A stretch of DNA of 64,000 nt from Candidatus Obscuribacterales bacterium (lineage in GTDB: Bacteria > Cyanobacteriota > Vampirovibrionia > Obscuribacterales > Obscuribacteraceae): positions 608,001-672,000 of the forward strand of contig CBDDIJ010000002.1 in assembly GCA_965228855.1 (NCBI GenBank), in the 5' to 3' direction. The position numbers and the translations under genes are program-made. Below the pieces are notes generated by a model that saw nothing but the letters and a program-made list of their open reading frames with translations, did no database searches and had not been told where the DNA came from. Below, in pieces: positions 49,710 through 60,110 of the stretch (positions are counted from its first letter, which is position 1; every line of letters begins with the position of its first letter).

Positions 49710-51077
49710 TCACGACCGGCGATTGCGCGCGATCGTTTTCGCGTACCACAGACCGCTGTCCTTGACGGTACGGTTGAGCGTGCTGCGGTCCACGTGAATG
49801 AGTCCGAAGGTCTTGGCGAAGCCCAGCGGCCATTCGAGGTTGTCCATCAAGCTCCAGGCGAAGTAACCGCGCACGTCCGCACCACCCTTGATGGCACGCG
49901 CGACAGCGCCGATGTGTTCGTCCAGATACTTGATGCGGTGACGGTCGGCAACGCGACCGCCGGAAAGCGTGTCGTCGAGCGCGGCGCCGTTCTCCGTGAT
50001 GTACACGGGCGGCATCTCGTACTCGCGCTCGAGGTCGATGAGCATCTTCGTGAACGAATCCGGAACCATCTCCCAACCCATCTGGGTACGGGGCACGTTC
50101 GGGGTCTCCACGATATCGCCCTTCTCGTTGACGAGGAAGCGCGTGTAGTAATTGATGCCGAGGAAGTCGAGCTTCTGAGCGATCAAGCTCATGTCGAGCG
50201 GACGGACGGGGTTGCCGCTGTCCGAGCGCGAGAGCGCGTCGTGCACGAGGTCCGGATAGTTGCCCTTCAGCATGGCATCGAGATACCACGAATAGCTGAG
50301 CGTCCAGCGGTCGCGTGCAGCCGCGCACTGCTTCTCGTTCTGCGGATCGACAGGATCGATCGGCACGAGGTTGAGCACGATACCGCATTCGATGTCACTG
50401 CGCGCCGCACGCATCGCCTGCGTCCCGAGCGCGTGCCCGAGCAGGAGATGGTGACCGACACGGTGACCGGAGCGAGGGAGGTTCATCCCGGGCGCCATGC
50501 CATCGCTGATGTAGCCGGCGATGATCACTTCCGGCTCGTTGAGCGTCGCCCACTTCTTGACGCGGTCGCCAAGCCGCCTGACCATAAGCGCCGAGTAATC
50601 GGCGAAGGCAAGTGCGGTTTCACGATGGAACCACCCGTGATACCGCTTCTGCAGCATCAAAGGCAAGTCCCAGTGATAGAGGGTGACATACGGGTCGATA
50701 CCGGCTTCGAGAAGCTCGTCGACGAGCCGGTCGTAGAAGTCGAGACCGGTTTCGTTGACCTTGCCCTCGCCATTCGGCATGACACGCGGCCAGCTGATCG
50801 AGAAGCGATAGGCATCCAAGCCCATCGCCTTCATCAAGCCGACGTCCTCGCGATAGCGGTTGTAGTGGTCGCAGGTCACGTCGCCGAGATCATACGACCT
50901 TCTCGGATTGCGGAGAAACGGCTCCCAGATCGACTCTCCGCGACCGCCTTCGAATGCCGCGCCCTCGACCTGATAGGCAGAGGTGGAGGCACCGAAGACA
51001 AAACCTTGTGGCAGCTTGTAGTCCCTGGCGCGCGGAAGATGCAGCGCCGGCTGCCGACTGTTTCGGTTTTTCATCAT
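49710..51077 (-). CDS. GH1 beta-glucosidase (cytoplasmic)
   Basis: FGASTSAYQVEGA, YRFSISWPR, TLYHWDLP, TLNEP, YITENG, WSLMDNLEW. Confidence 0.95.
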   Translation of the reverse strand: MMKNRNSRQPALHLPRARDYKLPQGFVFGASTSAYQVEGAAFEGGRGESIWEPFLRNPRRSYDLGDVTCDHYNRYREDVGLMKAMGLDAYRFSISWPRVMPNGEGKVNETGLDFYDRLVDELLEAGIDPYVTLYHWDLPLMLQKRYHGWFHRETALAFADYSALMVRRLGDRVKKWATLNEPEVIIAGYISDGMAPGMNLPRSGHRVGHHLLLGHALGTQAMRAARSDIECGIVLNLVPIDPVDPQNEKQCAAARDRWTLSYSWYLDAMLKGNYPDLVHDALSRSDSGNPVRPLDMSLIAQKLDFLGINYYTRFLVNEKGDIVETPNVPRTQMGWEMVPDSFTKMLIDLEREYEMPPVYITENGAALDDTLSGGRVADRHRIKYLDEHIGAVARAIKGGADVRGYFAWSLMDNLEWPLGFAKTFGLIHVDRSTLNRTVKDSGLWYAKTIARNRRS

Positions 51078-51318
51078 ACTGTCCTTGAACACAGACGTTT
51101 GTAAAACTGCAAGCGGAGCCGATCAGAATCGACCGGCTGCGCGTTTCTCTGACAGCTATCGGCGCACAGGAGACCAATTCCTGCGCGCCGACAGAAGCGC
51201 TGAGCGGCTCGAGCGCTATATCGTGACGGACTGAGCTGCGTGGAACTGAGGGTTCGCGAGCAGGCAAGGCGACAAGCTTAAGACCAGCGCAGGTCTCAAG
51301 CAGTACCTCTGCTCACGA

Positions 51319-52854
51319 CTACTTTTTGTCCAGCCAGCCACCCTTGAAACCAGCCTTCTTCAGACCGGCGCGAAGGTAATCGCATTTGCGCATCACGGAC
51401 CAGATGAGGTCGGAGCGATAGTTCTCAATCAATATGACCGGCGGTCCCTGGTCGATACCGAGGCGATGCTGGCAGACCCAACCGCTCGCGGCAGGCTGGC
51501 GAAAATCGCCACCGGCAGCGGGACGCGTGAAGGTCGGGTTGAAGGAGTCGGTGAAACCACCGGCATCCTTGAACAGCTCCGGTCGCTTAGCGAGCCAGTA
51601 GCGCATCGTGGGGATGACGATCTCGGGGACATAAGCGATCGACGAGAGCGCCGCGGTCGGCGCAATGGTGCCGTCGTCAAAGCCAGTCGGACAGCCGCGT
51701 TCCGAGTAGCCCCGGAACTCGCGCATGATGCCGTCGACTTCCTTCTTCGCGTCGCCCGGTCCATCGCACGCGGTCAGCCCCCAGTCGAACCCGCCATAGC
51801 CGGCCCACTTGTGCGGATTTTCCTGCGCGTATTTGTAGTGAACCTGAGCCATGCGGCGCGCATTCTCAAAGAGGTCGAAACCGAACTTGCCGGTGACACC
51901 ATCTTTGATACCACGGAAGTCAATCCAGCAGTGCGGGTATTGATAGCAGAACAGCGGCTCGCCAGGCATCTTGATGTACTCGACATCGTACGCCTTCACG
52001 GTCGCCGCGTTCGCCAGATACGCTTCCCAGGCGCCGTCGGGCGCGGGGTGCGTCGGCGAACCGAGAGCGAGCAGGTAGAGAATGGGAGCCTCGCTCATGC
52101 CGCGATAGACGTGCTCGATCTTGCCCGTTTCCGGCCACCAGCCATGCTGGACGAGCTTGTCTTCGCGGAAAAGCCAATCCCACTCGACGCGCCTGTAGAG
52201 CTTGTCGGCAAGATCGCGGATCTCCTGCTCATCGGCGCTGGAACCGCTGAAGTAACTGCGACTGAACAACACGCCCGCCATCAACAATGCGGTGTCGATG
52301 CTGCTCAGCTCGGAATTCCAGTAACGCTTCTTCGTGGCGCGCAGCCCCGTATCGGGCTCGAGGAAGTGGTAGAAGTAACCGTGGAAACCACTGGTCCCCT
52401 CAACTGCGTCGCCTTGTGGAGCCGACCACAACGTACGAAGAACCTTCAGCGTATAGGCGCTCGCATCCTTGCGTGTCACCCAGCCCCGCTTCACCGCGCT
52501 CGCGTAAGCAGTCAGCGAGAAGCCGACCGCGGCAATGCTGGCGGGAGCGGACGGATCATCGCGATCGAGAACCAGTCCCGTCTTCGGGTCCTGGTTGATC
52601 ACGAAGTATTGGAATTGCGCCTTGCCCACCCGGTTGAGCAACCGAGCATGGGAGCGCAAGTTAATCGGAGGGGAAAGGATTCCGTCACCGGAAGTTCCCT
52701 TCTTCTGTGTTTTCTCCTTCATGGGGGTGGTGTCCTGTTCTGGCTTGCTTGGAGCAGCAAGGCAATAGCTAAGTTGAGCACCCGACAGATTCGCGCCCGC
52801 CACAATAGCGAGCGCGAGATTCAGGTACCGATTGACTCGAAATAAACTATTCAT
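51319..52854 (-). CDS. Exported 'glucoamylase-like' (GH144-type, putative beta-1,2-glucanase) glycoside hydrolase
   Basis: TGLVLDR, SIAAVGF, GYFYHF, ELSSIDTALL.AG, PLFCYQY.HCWIDFR, WGLTACDGP, DGTIAPTAA, LGIDQGP..I.IENYR; N-terminal signal-like segment. Confidence 0.82.
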   Translation of the reverse strand: MNSLFRVNRYLNLALAIVAGANLSGAQLSYCLAAPSKPEQDTTPMKEKTQKKGTSGDGILSPPINLRSHARLLNRVGKAQFQYFVINQDPKTGLVLDRDDPSAPASIAAVGFSLTAYASAVKRGWVTRKDASAYTLKVLRTLWSAPQGDAVEGTSGFHGYFYHFLEPDTGLRATKKRYWNSELSSIDTALLMAGVLFSRSYFSGSSADEQEIRDLADKLYRRVEWDWLFREDKLVQHGWWPETGKIEHVYRGMSEAPILYLLALGSPTHPAPDGAWEAYLANAATVKAYDVEYIKMPGEPLFCYQYPHCWIDFRGIKDGVTGKFGFDLFENARRMAQVHYKYAQENPHKWAGYGGFDWGLTACDGPGDAKKEVDGIMREFRGYSERGCPTGFDDGTIAPTAALSSIAYVPEIVIPTMRYWLAKRPELFKDAGGFTDSFNPTFTRPAAGGDFRQPAASGWVCQHRLGIDQGPPVILIENYRSDLIWSVMRKCDYLRAGLKKAGFKGGWLDKK

Positions 52855-54538
52855 TGCTGTACTCTGTCGCTGAAACAAGCCGCCAACCGCCGCCAGGCAT
52901 GAGCTCGAGCACCGTATCATGGTACGAAATCAGTGCCTGATGGTGAGCCACCGACACGATTGTGGCACCGGTCGCGGCGACCAGGTCATACATCTTAGCT
53001 TCGGTCGCGTCGTCCAGCGAACTCGTTGCTTCGTCGAGCAGGACGAGTTTCGGGTTGGCGAGCAGCATGCGCGCGAAGGCGACACGCTGGCGCTCACCCG
53101 GCGACATCACATCGCTCCAAGTCCGAATCGAATCGAGTCCGCCGACATTCTTCACGAGCTCGCCAAGACTGACGATGTTTAGCACGGACAGAATGCGGGC
53201 GTCGTCGATACCGGCTTCCTGAGCCGACCTCGGATATGTGATCTGGTCGCGCAGAGTACCAAGCGGCATGTAGGTTTCTTGAGGGAGAACCATCATGTCG
53301 CTCAGGTCAGGGCGCTGAATCTCGCCCGTACCCGCCGTCCACAAGCCTGCGAAGGCGCGGACCAACGAGGATTTGCCGACGCCGCTAGGTCCCGCGACAA
53401 TCATCCGCCCGCCAGGCTTCGTTTCGAAGTGGAGGTCGCGAACGAGAGTGCGAGCGCCGTCCGGCGTGTTCAGTGTCAACCCCTTCGCCGTGAGCGCCGG
53501 AGCAACCTGCGTGATGATTTCGCCAGGTCCCTTCTCGTCCCCCTTCTGTTCGATGGTTTCGAGAACGCCGATGAAATCGGACAATCGGCTGATGATAGCC
53601 GAGAGGCGAGCGAACGTTTGGAACTGCGCAATCACAACCGACAGCGCTCCGATGACGCGCCCGAAAGCGCCGGCAGCCTGCACCATCATACCGAGCTCGA
53701 TCTGCCCCGACAGGTAGAGGGGGGCTGAGACCAGCGACGGCACGATCAGCAGACTGTAGTCATAGGAGACTTTGAACAGCGTGAGGTTCCGCTGCCAACT
53801 AACTATCGAACTGAGGTTGCGCAGAAGCTTGGACAGACGGTGCTTGAGCCCGTTGCCTTCACGTTCGGCACCGTTGTACAGCCCAATCGCCTCTTTGTTG
53901 TCACGCAAGTAGACAAGGTTGTAGCGGAACTCCGCTTCTAGCTTCTGCTGCTCGTAGTGCATGCCGACAAGCCGTTTACCAAACAGCAGAGTGGCCACCG
54001 TACCGACGATCGAGTACGCGATTGCCACCAGCAGCAGTATCGGTGAAATCAGATACAGAATCGTCACGAAGGCAAAGAAGGCGAGCGCACTGTCGAGCAG
54101 CGCCATCGCTACAGTCAGTGCCTCCGTGCAGAAATACAGGACGTCTTGCTGGATGCGTTCGTCAGGATTGTCGACCTGGTCGGTCGTGATCTTGACGAAA
54201 TTCCGGTTTTTCAGATATCGCTCCAGGATATTGGTCGTGAGCCAGCGGCGCCACGCCATCTCCAGTTGCGACTTCACCCAGCCAAACGAACCGACGACCG
54301 GCACGCTGCAAACCAGCACCACTGCGTACAGCATCAGGTTATGCCAGAACTGGTCGGCATCCTTGGTTTCGAGCGCATTGAAGACAGCACGCTCCGAGTA
54401 ACTGATGCGGATGTTGATGTAGCTAATCAACAGCAGCATCGCGAGAAGAACAAGCAACCAGACCCATCCAATGGACGGCCGGCGCCAATAAGGCAAAACA
54501 ACCCTCTTCAGGTTGTTCCACGCGAGTTTCGGTTTCAT
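52847..54538 (-). CDS. Fused permease/ATPase ABC transporter, YddA/Rv1819c(BacA)/ABCD-like
   Basis: WRRWLT, DNPDERIQQD, EAEFRYNL...RDN.EAI.LY.G, GPSGVGKSS, SPGERQRVAFAR, LLDEATS. Confidence 0.92.
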   Translation of the reverse strand: MKPKLAWNNLKRVVLPYWRRPSIGWVWLLVLLAMLLLISYINIRISYSERAVFNALETKDADQFWHNLMLYAVVLVCSVPVVGSFGWVKSQLEMAWRRWLTTNILERYLKNRNFVKITTDQVDNPDERIQQDVLYFCTEALTVAMALLDSALAFFAFVTILYLISPILLLVAIAYSIVGTVATLLFGKRLVGMHYEQQKLEAEFRYNLVYLRDNKEAIGLYNGAEREGNGLKHRLSKLLRNLSSIVSWQRNLTLFKVSYDYSLLIVPSLVSAPLYLSGQIELGMMVQAAGAFGRVIGALSVVIAQFQTFARLSAIISRLSDFIGVLETIEQKGDEKGPGEIITQVAPALTAKGLTLNTPDGARTLVRDLHFETKPGGRMIVAGPSGVGKSSLVRAFAGLWTAGTGEIQRPDLSDMMVLPQETYMPLGTLRDQITYPRSAQEAGIDDARILSVLNIVSLGELVKNVGGLDSIRTWSDVMSPGERQRVAFARMLLANPKLVLLDEATSSLDDATEAKMYDLVAATGATIVSVAHHQALISYHDTVLELMPGGGWRLVSATEYSNE

Positions 54539-55614
54539 AAACCTGGTCCCTTAATTGTTGTTTTAAGTTAGGTCAGGAATACACGACCGCATTGCGGTCG
54601 TGAGCGGCTGGTCTCAATCGCAGAATCACTGCGCATGAAAACAGTCGCCACGGGAAGCCGCTTTGCGGTCAATCCTCGTGTTACAAACCGGCGCGAGCCC
54701 CTGCATGGCGTGTGCCGTGCGTTGAGAGTTAGCAATGCGTTGCTGAGCTGCTTGAGGGGCGTTCTTTGCGTCGGGAGAAATTAGTTACGCCAAATACTCA
54801 GATCTTTAATCATGAGATTCAAGTCTTAAACGCTTTTGAGATTATGCTTTTAAATTAACAGAACAGAAGAGACCACTAAATTTTAGAGGCCAGATAAGTG
54901 TTAGGCGCCCGACATTTGGCGCGCGAAGTGATAATGACTTTCAAGTCGAATAACGGCTTGAATACAGCAATTCAGCAGCAGACAGAGAGAAAGCCAAAGC
55001 ATCTGAATTACTGCTATAGCACTCTAAAAAATATGAGTGGCATTGAAGAAAAAGCTGCACTAGCCAGGCCAATGTTATCTTGAAATAGCGCTTATCTCAC
55101 AAAAACAACGACCGGAATCGGTTTCAACTTAAAAAAAATGCGAGAGCCTCGAGTAGGGCAAATTTCCTACCGAAAGACGGACGAAGGAGTCCGATAGCCG
55201 CGCCACAAATTACTCGAAGCTAGCGTTTTTCAAACAATCCGCTGTCCATTTTCAGGACAGGTGAGAAACAGCTTGCCGACAGGCGTTACCACATCATGTT
55301 TCAAACCTTAAAGCGCGATTGTAATGACCTGTTAAACATCACGGATCGTTGATCTGCAACCGGCAGATGATGATTATCACATTGCTTCTTCGCTATTCTC
55401 TCGAGCTTTCTTCCAGAAACACCACCTGCGGTACCATAATCCCTGAACCTCCACGCAGCCATGCTGTGCGGAATCTGCCGCAGTGGGACTCTCGACCGCA
55501 AGAGCGAAGATATGGCATCGCGTGTTCAAACGTAAGCCAAAAATCAGCATGGGAAGGAAAGCAAATCGCTTCGACTTCTCCCGATCAACCACGATTTAAA
55601 GAAGGAAACCATCG

Positions 55615-56550
55615 TTGGAAAACGCCACACTGATGTGGGGTGGCTTCGCTGCCATTGTTTCGATAATGCTCGCGCTCGACCTGGGCGTCTTCAACCGCAA
55701 GGCGCACGAACCCACCTTTCGCGAGTCGCTGTTCTGGAGCATAGTCTGGATCGGCATCGCAATCGCCTTCAACGCGGGCGTCTACTTCATGCTTGGCCCG
55801 CAAGCCGGCGTTGAATTCGCGACCGGCTATGTGATCGAGAAGGCGCTGTCCGTCGACAACATCTTCATCTTCGTGATGCTCTTCACGTACTTCCAGGTGC
55901 CGCTCATGTATCAGCACCGAGTGCTGTTCTGGGGCGTCATCGGTGCGATTATCATGCGCGGCATCCTGATCGCTGTCGGCGCTGCTCTGCTCGCCAAGTT
56001 CCACTGGATCATCTACGTCTTCGGCGCGCTACTGCTTTTCACCGGAGCCAAGATGGCATTCCAGAAACATGAGGAGAAGAATCCCGAGGACAACCCGGTG
56101 ATTCGCTTCCTCCGTCGTTTCATCCCCGTTACGACAGATCAACACGGTCAGAAGTTTTTCGTTCGCCAGAAAGGTGCAGATGGTCGTCTCGCCACATTCG
56201 CCACGCCGCTCTTCATGGTGCTGGTGCTGGTCGAACTGTCCGATCTGGTCTTCGCAGTGGACTCGGTACCGGCAATCTTCGCGGTCACGACCGACCCATT
56301 CATAGTGCTGAGCAGCAACGTCTTCGCCATCCTTGGCTTGCGTTCGCTGTTCTTCCTGCTTGCCGGAATTGTGCACAAATTCCATCTGCTCAAGTTGGGT
56401 CTGTCGCTTATCTTGGTGTTCGTCGGCGCAAAGATGATGCTGCTCGACGTCTTCAAGATTCCGGTTCTGGCGTCACTGGCAGTGGTGGCAACCATCCTCG
56501 TCGGCTCGGTTGTTTTGTCTCTCGCCTTTCCGAAGAAGGACAGGCAATGA
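55615..56550 (+). CDS. TerC/Alx-family integral membrane protein
   Basis: ALDLG, EKALSVDNIF, QHRVLFWG, ELSDLVFAVDSVPAIFA, SNVFAILGLRSL; TTG start with AAGG RBS. Confidence 0.93.
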   Translation: MENATLMWGGFAAIVSIMLALDLGVFNRKAHEPTFRESLFWSIVWIGIAIAFNAGVYFMLGPQAGVEFATGYVIEKALSVDNIFIFVMLFTYFQVPLMYQHRVLFWGVIGAIIMRGILIAVGAALLAKFHWIIYVFGALLLFTGAKMAFQKHEEKNPEDNPVIRFLRRFIPVTTDQHGQKFFVRQKGADGRLATFATPLFMVLVLVELSDLVFAVDSVPAIFAVTTDPFIVLSSNVFAILGLRSLFFLLAGIVHKFHLLKLGLSLILVFVGAKMMLLDVFKIPVLASLAVVATILVGSVVLSLAFPKKDRQ

Positions 56551-56588
56551 GCGGCAACAGCAGCGGCCTGTGGAGCTTTTCATTCGCG

Positions 56589-56726
56589 GGTTACTCACAT
56601 GCGAAGTTGCAGGTTACTCACATACGAAGTTGCAGGTGACTCGTACCTCAATTCGCAACTGCCTCACGTGCAAAGTCGCGGCTAACTCGTACCTCAATTC
56701 GCGAATGACTCGCACACGAAGTCGCG
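56589..56726. repeat. Six degenerate 23-bp tandem units of two subtypes
   Basis: GGTTACTCACATGCGAAGTTGCA / GGTTACTCACATACGAAGTTGCA / GGTGACTCGTACCTCAATTCGCA / ACTGCCTCACGTGCAAAGTCGCG / GCTAACTCGTACCTCAATTCGCG / AATGACTCGCACACGAAGTCGCG. Confidence 0.88.
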
Positions 56727-57133
56727 CGCCTTGATTGGAACTGTCGCCGGGTGGAACTTTGTTTCCGCTCGGCGACGACCTTTTGTTTCTTCGCGGAAAT
56801 ACCGGAAGCGGTATTGTTCGTTCCACTCCCCATACCGCGCGACGTATGGCGCGGTGGGTCATACCGGGTGCGGTATCAAAACTAGTTCGCTTCATTACCG
56901 CACGCGGAATTGTTGATACTCGGCAGCTCGAAGCAAAATGCAACTTGCGATTTTCTCGGTCAATCAATTCCTACTGTTCTTTATAGTAATGTCAATCGAA
57001 GACCTAAACCACAAAAATCATCGATGCGGAATCGAGCGAGACACCATATCCGGTGCCTCGCTCGACGTTCGAAACGGCGCAGCTGTTCGCTCCCACTCCA
57101 CAAAAGGCGGGGCAGGAGCGAACTTATTGGAAA

Positions 57134-57967
57134 TCAGCCTTCGACTTCGAGAGCCCCTTCGGAAGCGAGCTTCTCGTAGAAGGGCTTGATGTCGTCCCGG
57201 AACGGGCGACGCTTCAGCATCTCGTTGAGAAGCCCGGGAAGCTGGCCTTCGTCCTCGGCGTAGGTGATGAGGTCGATCGCCATCTTGCGAAGCGGACCGT
57301 TCTCAACGATGACGGCGAGACGTTCTCCCGTCACCAGATGGCACACCATCTCGAGGTCGCTCTGGTTGAACGCGCCCGTGATGAGCTTGCCGAGGTCACG
57401 GAGCTGGTCGGCGTTCAGCTTGACGAGCGCTCGAACGACCTTGAACTCCTTGGGCGCCGAAACCGAAGCAGCGACAGGCGAGCCCTTGGCGGCGGCATTG
57501 GCGGCCTTCACCTCGGGGTCGGCGACGCTGCCCTTGACCGGCGTCCCGTCCTCGCCCCACGGCCACACCCACGGCTCGCGCGGACGGAAGAACGGCAGGA
57601 AGTGCGCCGCGACCAGTCCGAGAATCATGTTGCTCTGATTGGCGTCCTGAACGGCCATGACGAGGGGCGTCATCAGACGCTTGTCCCACGCCATGCGGAA
57701 GGCCGCATCGGCATTCTCGAGCACCGTCTTGTTCGGGTCGATGAGCTGGCGCAGCGCCGCGCCGAACTCGTTGTCGAAGTTTTCGGCGATGAAAGCATCG
57801 AATGCATCCACCGTCGCGAAGCACGACGCGATCTCCTTGATCACGACGACCTGGTCTTCAGGGCGAAGACCGATGCGGTCCTGCGGGTACTTCTTCAGCC
57901 AGTCGCTGCGCGGCTCGGCAGCAGCGGACTCGGCGGAAACAGCAGTCGAATTGTTCTGCTCAGACAT
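57134..57967 (-). CDS. Protein with C-terminal effector-associated domain 1 (EAD1)-like domain and a probable second, divergent N-terminal copy
   Basis: LNADQLRDLGKLITGAFNQSDLEMV....GERLAVIV....L..MAIDLITYAEDEGQL..LL......P; GGAG RBS. Confidence 0.68.
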   Translation of the reverse strand: MSEQNNSTAVSAESAAAEPRSDWLKKYPQDRIGLRPEDQVVVIKEIASCFATVDAFDAFIAENFDNEFGAALRQLIDPNKTVLENADAAFRMAWDKRLMTPLVMAVQDANQSNMILGLVAAHFLPFFRPREPWVWPWGEDGTPVKGSVADPEVKAANAAAKGSPVAASVSAPKEFKVVRALVKLNADQLRDLGKLITGAFNQSDLEMVCHLVTGERLAVIVENGPLRKMAIDLITYAEDEGQLPGLLNEMLKRRPFRDDIKPFYEKLASEGALEVEG

Positions 57968-58137
57968 TTTGGCTCCAGATATCTGGCAGGCTCGATGTGC
58001 AATCGAACCCAGTTGCGTTTACGTAGGGTTTGACCGTTCACTAAATGTGGGAACGTGGAATCGATATCCAAGGTGGCGCGAGTCATGGTCGTTTAGTCCA
58101 CGCCGCGCACCACCTCTGATACCACAGCGAGACGACC

Positions 58138-59262
58138 CTACAAGTCAGTCGGAATCCCGGCTGGAATTTCCTCGTGGGCAGGGTCGACAAAATAGTTCGC
58201 GGGCAGCGAAATCCGGATGTTTTCCTCGGGCGTGAATTTCCGAGTCACACCGGTCTTGCGGTTGTACTCCGTCTCAAGGCTGCCGTCGGCGCGGTAACTG
58301 CGGACCACGCCATCGGATTCGACCTGCTGCGGAGTTTTGCCGTCGCCGTAAAACGTGATGAAGCGTGCCTTGCCGTTGTGCATGTCGGCAATTTGACGCA
58401 GTAACATCCCGTCCTTTTCGTCACCGGTACGCCAGATCTGCTTGCGCGTGATCTGCTCGTTCTTGTCAGCAAGCGCGACTTCCAGCGAGCGGTAGAAGCG
58501 GTTTGTGACGCGCACCTGTTCCACAGACCCATCCTCGCGCATGTACTGCGCGGTGACGATCATCGGCGTGTACTCCGCTTTGACTCGAACGTGCGCGCCA
58601 TCTGGATAGAAACGCTCGAAGGTCGAACCGTAGCGATAGTTCTTATTGGTCGACCAGCGCGTTGACGGCAAGCCGTTTTCCGAGAAGGTCGTAAGAACCA
58701 ACTTCGCATCCGGATATAGCCGTTTCTGCGACAGAAGCGTGCCGGTCGGGCGGAACTGTTCGTCGAAATAGACGGTCTTTTCAGCGTCAAGCTTGATCTG
58801 CTTGTGGCGCGAAACCGTTTTGCCGTCCTCGAAGAACCAGCTGGCGTCATAGTATTCGCGATTGACCTCGCGCCCAAGACGAGCGAGACTGCCGTCCGCG
58901 CGATAGAGCTCGTCGGACTTGTAGTGCTCGTCCGGAGACAACTCGGCGTGCAGTCGAAGCTGGCGATAGCCGTCCTCGGACGCCGGATAGAACTCCCGCC
59001 ATTCCTTCACTTTGCCGTTTTCGTGGTAGGTCGCGTAAGCAGTGATGCCGTTGCGGTACTCCACTCGAGCCTTGACAGGCGTGACGCCGTCTTTGGCATA
59101 GTCGACATAGCGAACCTCATCGTCGCGGCCATCGCGCGGAAGCTCAAGCCGTTGCTCGGTCTTCGACGGATAGCTGGGCAGATCGGTTTCGTCCTTGCAG
59201 CCGGAAAGCAGCGCGAGGACGGGAAGGAGAGCGAGAAGAATTAAGCGTGGTTTCAAACTCAT
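58138..59262 (-). CDS. Lipoprotein with MORN-variant/YwqK-like beta-hairpin repeats
   Basis: Lipobox LSGC; repeated Y/F-x-x-D/N-G motifs (YHENG, YRADG, FYPDG, FYGDG). Confidence 0.75.
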   Translation of the reverse strand: MSLKPRLILLALLPVLALLSGCKDETDLPSYPSKTEQRLELPRDGRDDEVRYVDYAKDGVTPVKARVEYRNGITAYATYHENGKVKEWREFYPASEDGYRQLRLHAELSPDEHYKSDELYRADGSLARLGREVNREYYDASWFFEDGKTVSRHKQIKLDAEKTVYFDEQFRPTGTLLSQKRLYPDAKLVLTTFSENGLPSTRWSTNKNYRYGSTFERFYPDGAHVRVKAEYTPMIVTAQYMREDGSVEQVRVTNRFYRSLEVALADKNEQITRKQIWRTGDEKDGMLLRQIADMHNGKARFITFYGDGKTPQQVESDGVVRSYRADGSLETEYNRKTGVTRKFTPEENIRISLPANYFVDPAHEEIPAGIPTDL

Positions 59263-60110
59263 GGCATAGTACCTCTATGCTCGTATTCATGCGGTCAGCG
59301 CATGTGGTGGGTTTACAGCGCCCAAGGCGCTACCTAGTCAGCAACAACTCGTCCGCCGTCACCGTCCGAACCCTCTTTCCAGCGCGAACCACACAACACC
59401 TGTCACCAGGAGCGAAATGTATTCGAGACTGTTTGGAAGGAGGCTTTTCGGAGGTTTTTGCGAAAGAGAAGAACTGAGCTATGCCTTACTGGTATCAGGT
59501 ATAAAACTGGTTTCAAAGACCTGTTATAAAAACCACGACTAAATACATAACTTCATGATGCTTATGCCAAGCCAGGCTTCAAGAGGCTTTGCGAATAAGG
59601 CGCGGTTGTTTAAGTGCGTTAAGTTTGTAAATCGGCGGAAAACCTGTTGCAGGTTTTATGCGATGAGCGCTCGCGAGAATTGCGCGAACCTATTGCCCGA
59701 GTCAGGCGAGTCGGAAGAGAAATCTAGGGTCGCCCAGAAATCAATCCACCTAGGTATAGCGCGGCTTACAAATCATCCCAAAGGATGAAAACGGTTAAAG
59801 TGGCGGCGCTATAGAGGTCGAATTGGTAAACGTTTCCAGCCGCGCTCGATCACCCGATAAAAGGCGCGGGCGGTCATCCTTTTGATTTTTGGGGTAGGCA
59901 AACATCTCGGGTGAACTTCCATCCAATTGAACCGCCCAACGCCGATGAATAGGCTGAAGTCATTCATTAACTTCAACCCTTCTTCCACGGACACCGCAAC
60001 ACTTCATCCAACACAAACCCCGCCCTTTCTCAAACCGAACAATTACGCTCAACAGCGTATGTAGAACGCTTCTTCCTTCAATTCGTACAAACTAACGCAG
60101 GAGAGCAAAA

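Noticed and set aside
54540..54790. Cobalamin riboswitch upstream of the Rv1819c/BacA-like ABC gene
   Set aside because: No B12-box or GGGAA...GCCACTG core on the - strand; only generic hairpins.
55149..55270. Structured segment upstream of the TerC gene resembling c-di-GMP-I (GGGCAAA..GAAA..GGACG) or yybP-ykoY (GAGTAG..GGTGAGA) riboswitch fragments
   Set aside because: I could not build the required stems, and it lies ~350-450 bp from the start codon. An Rfam cmscan would settle it.
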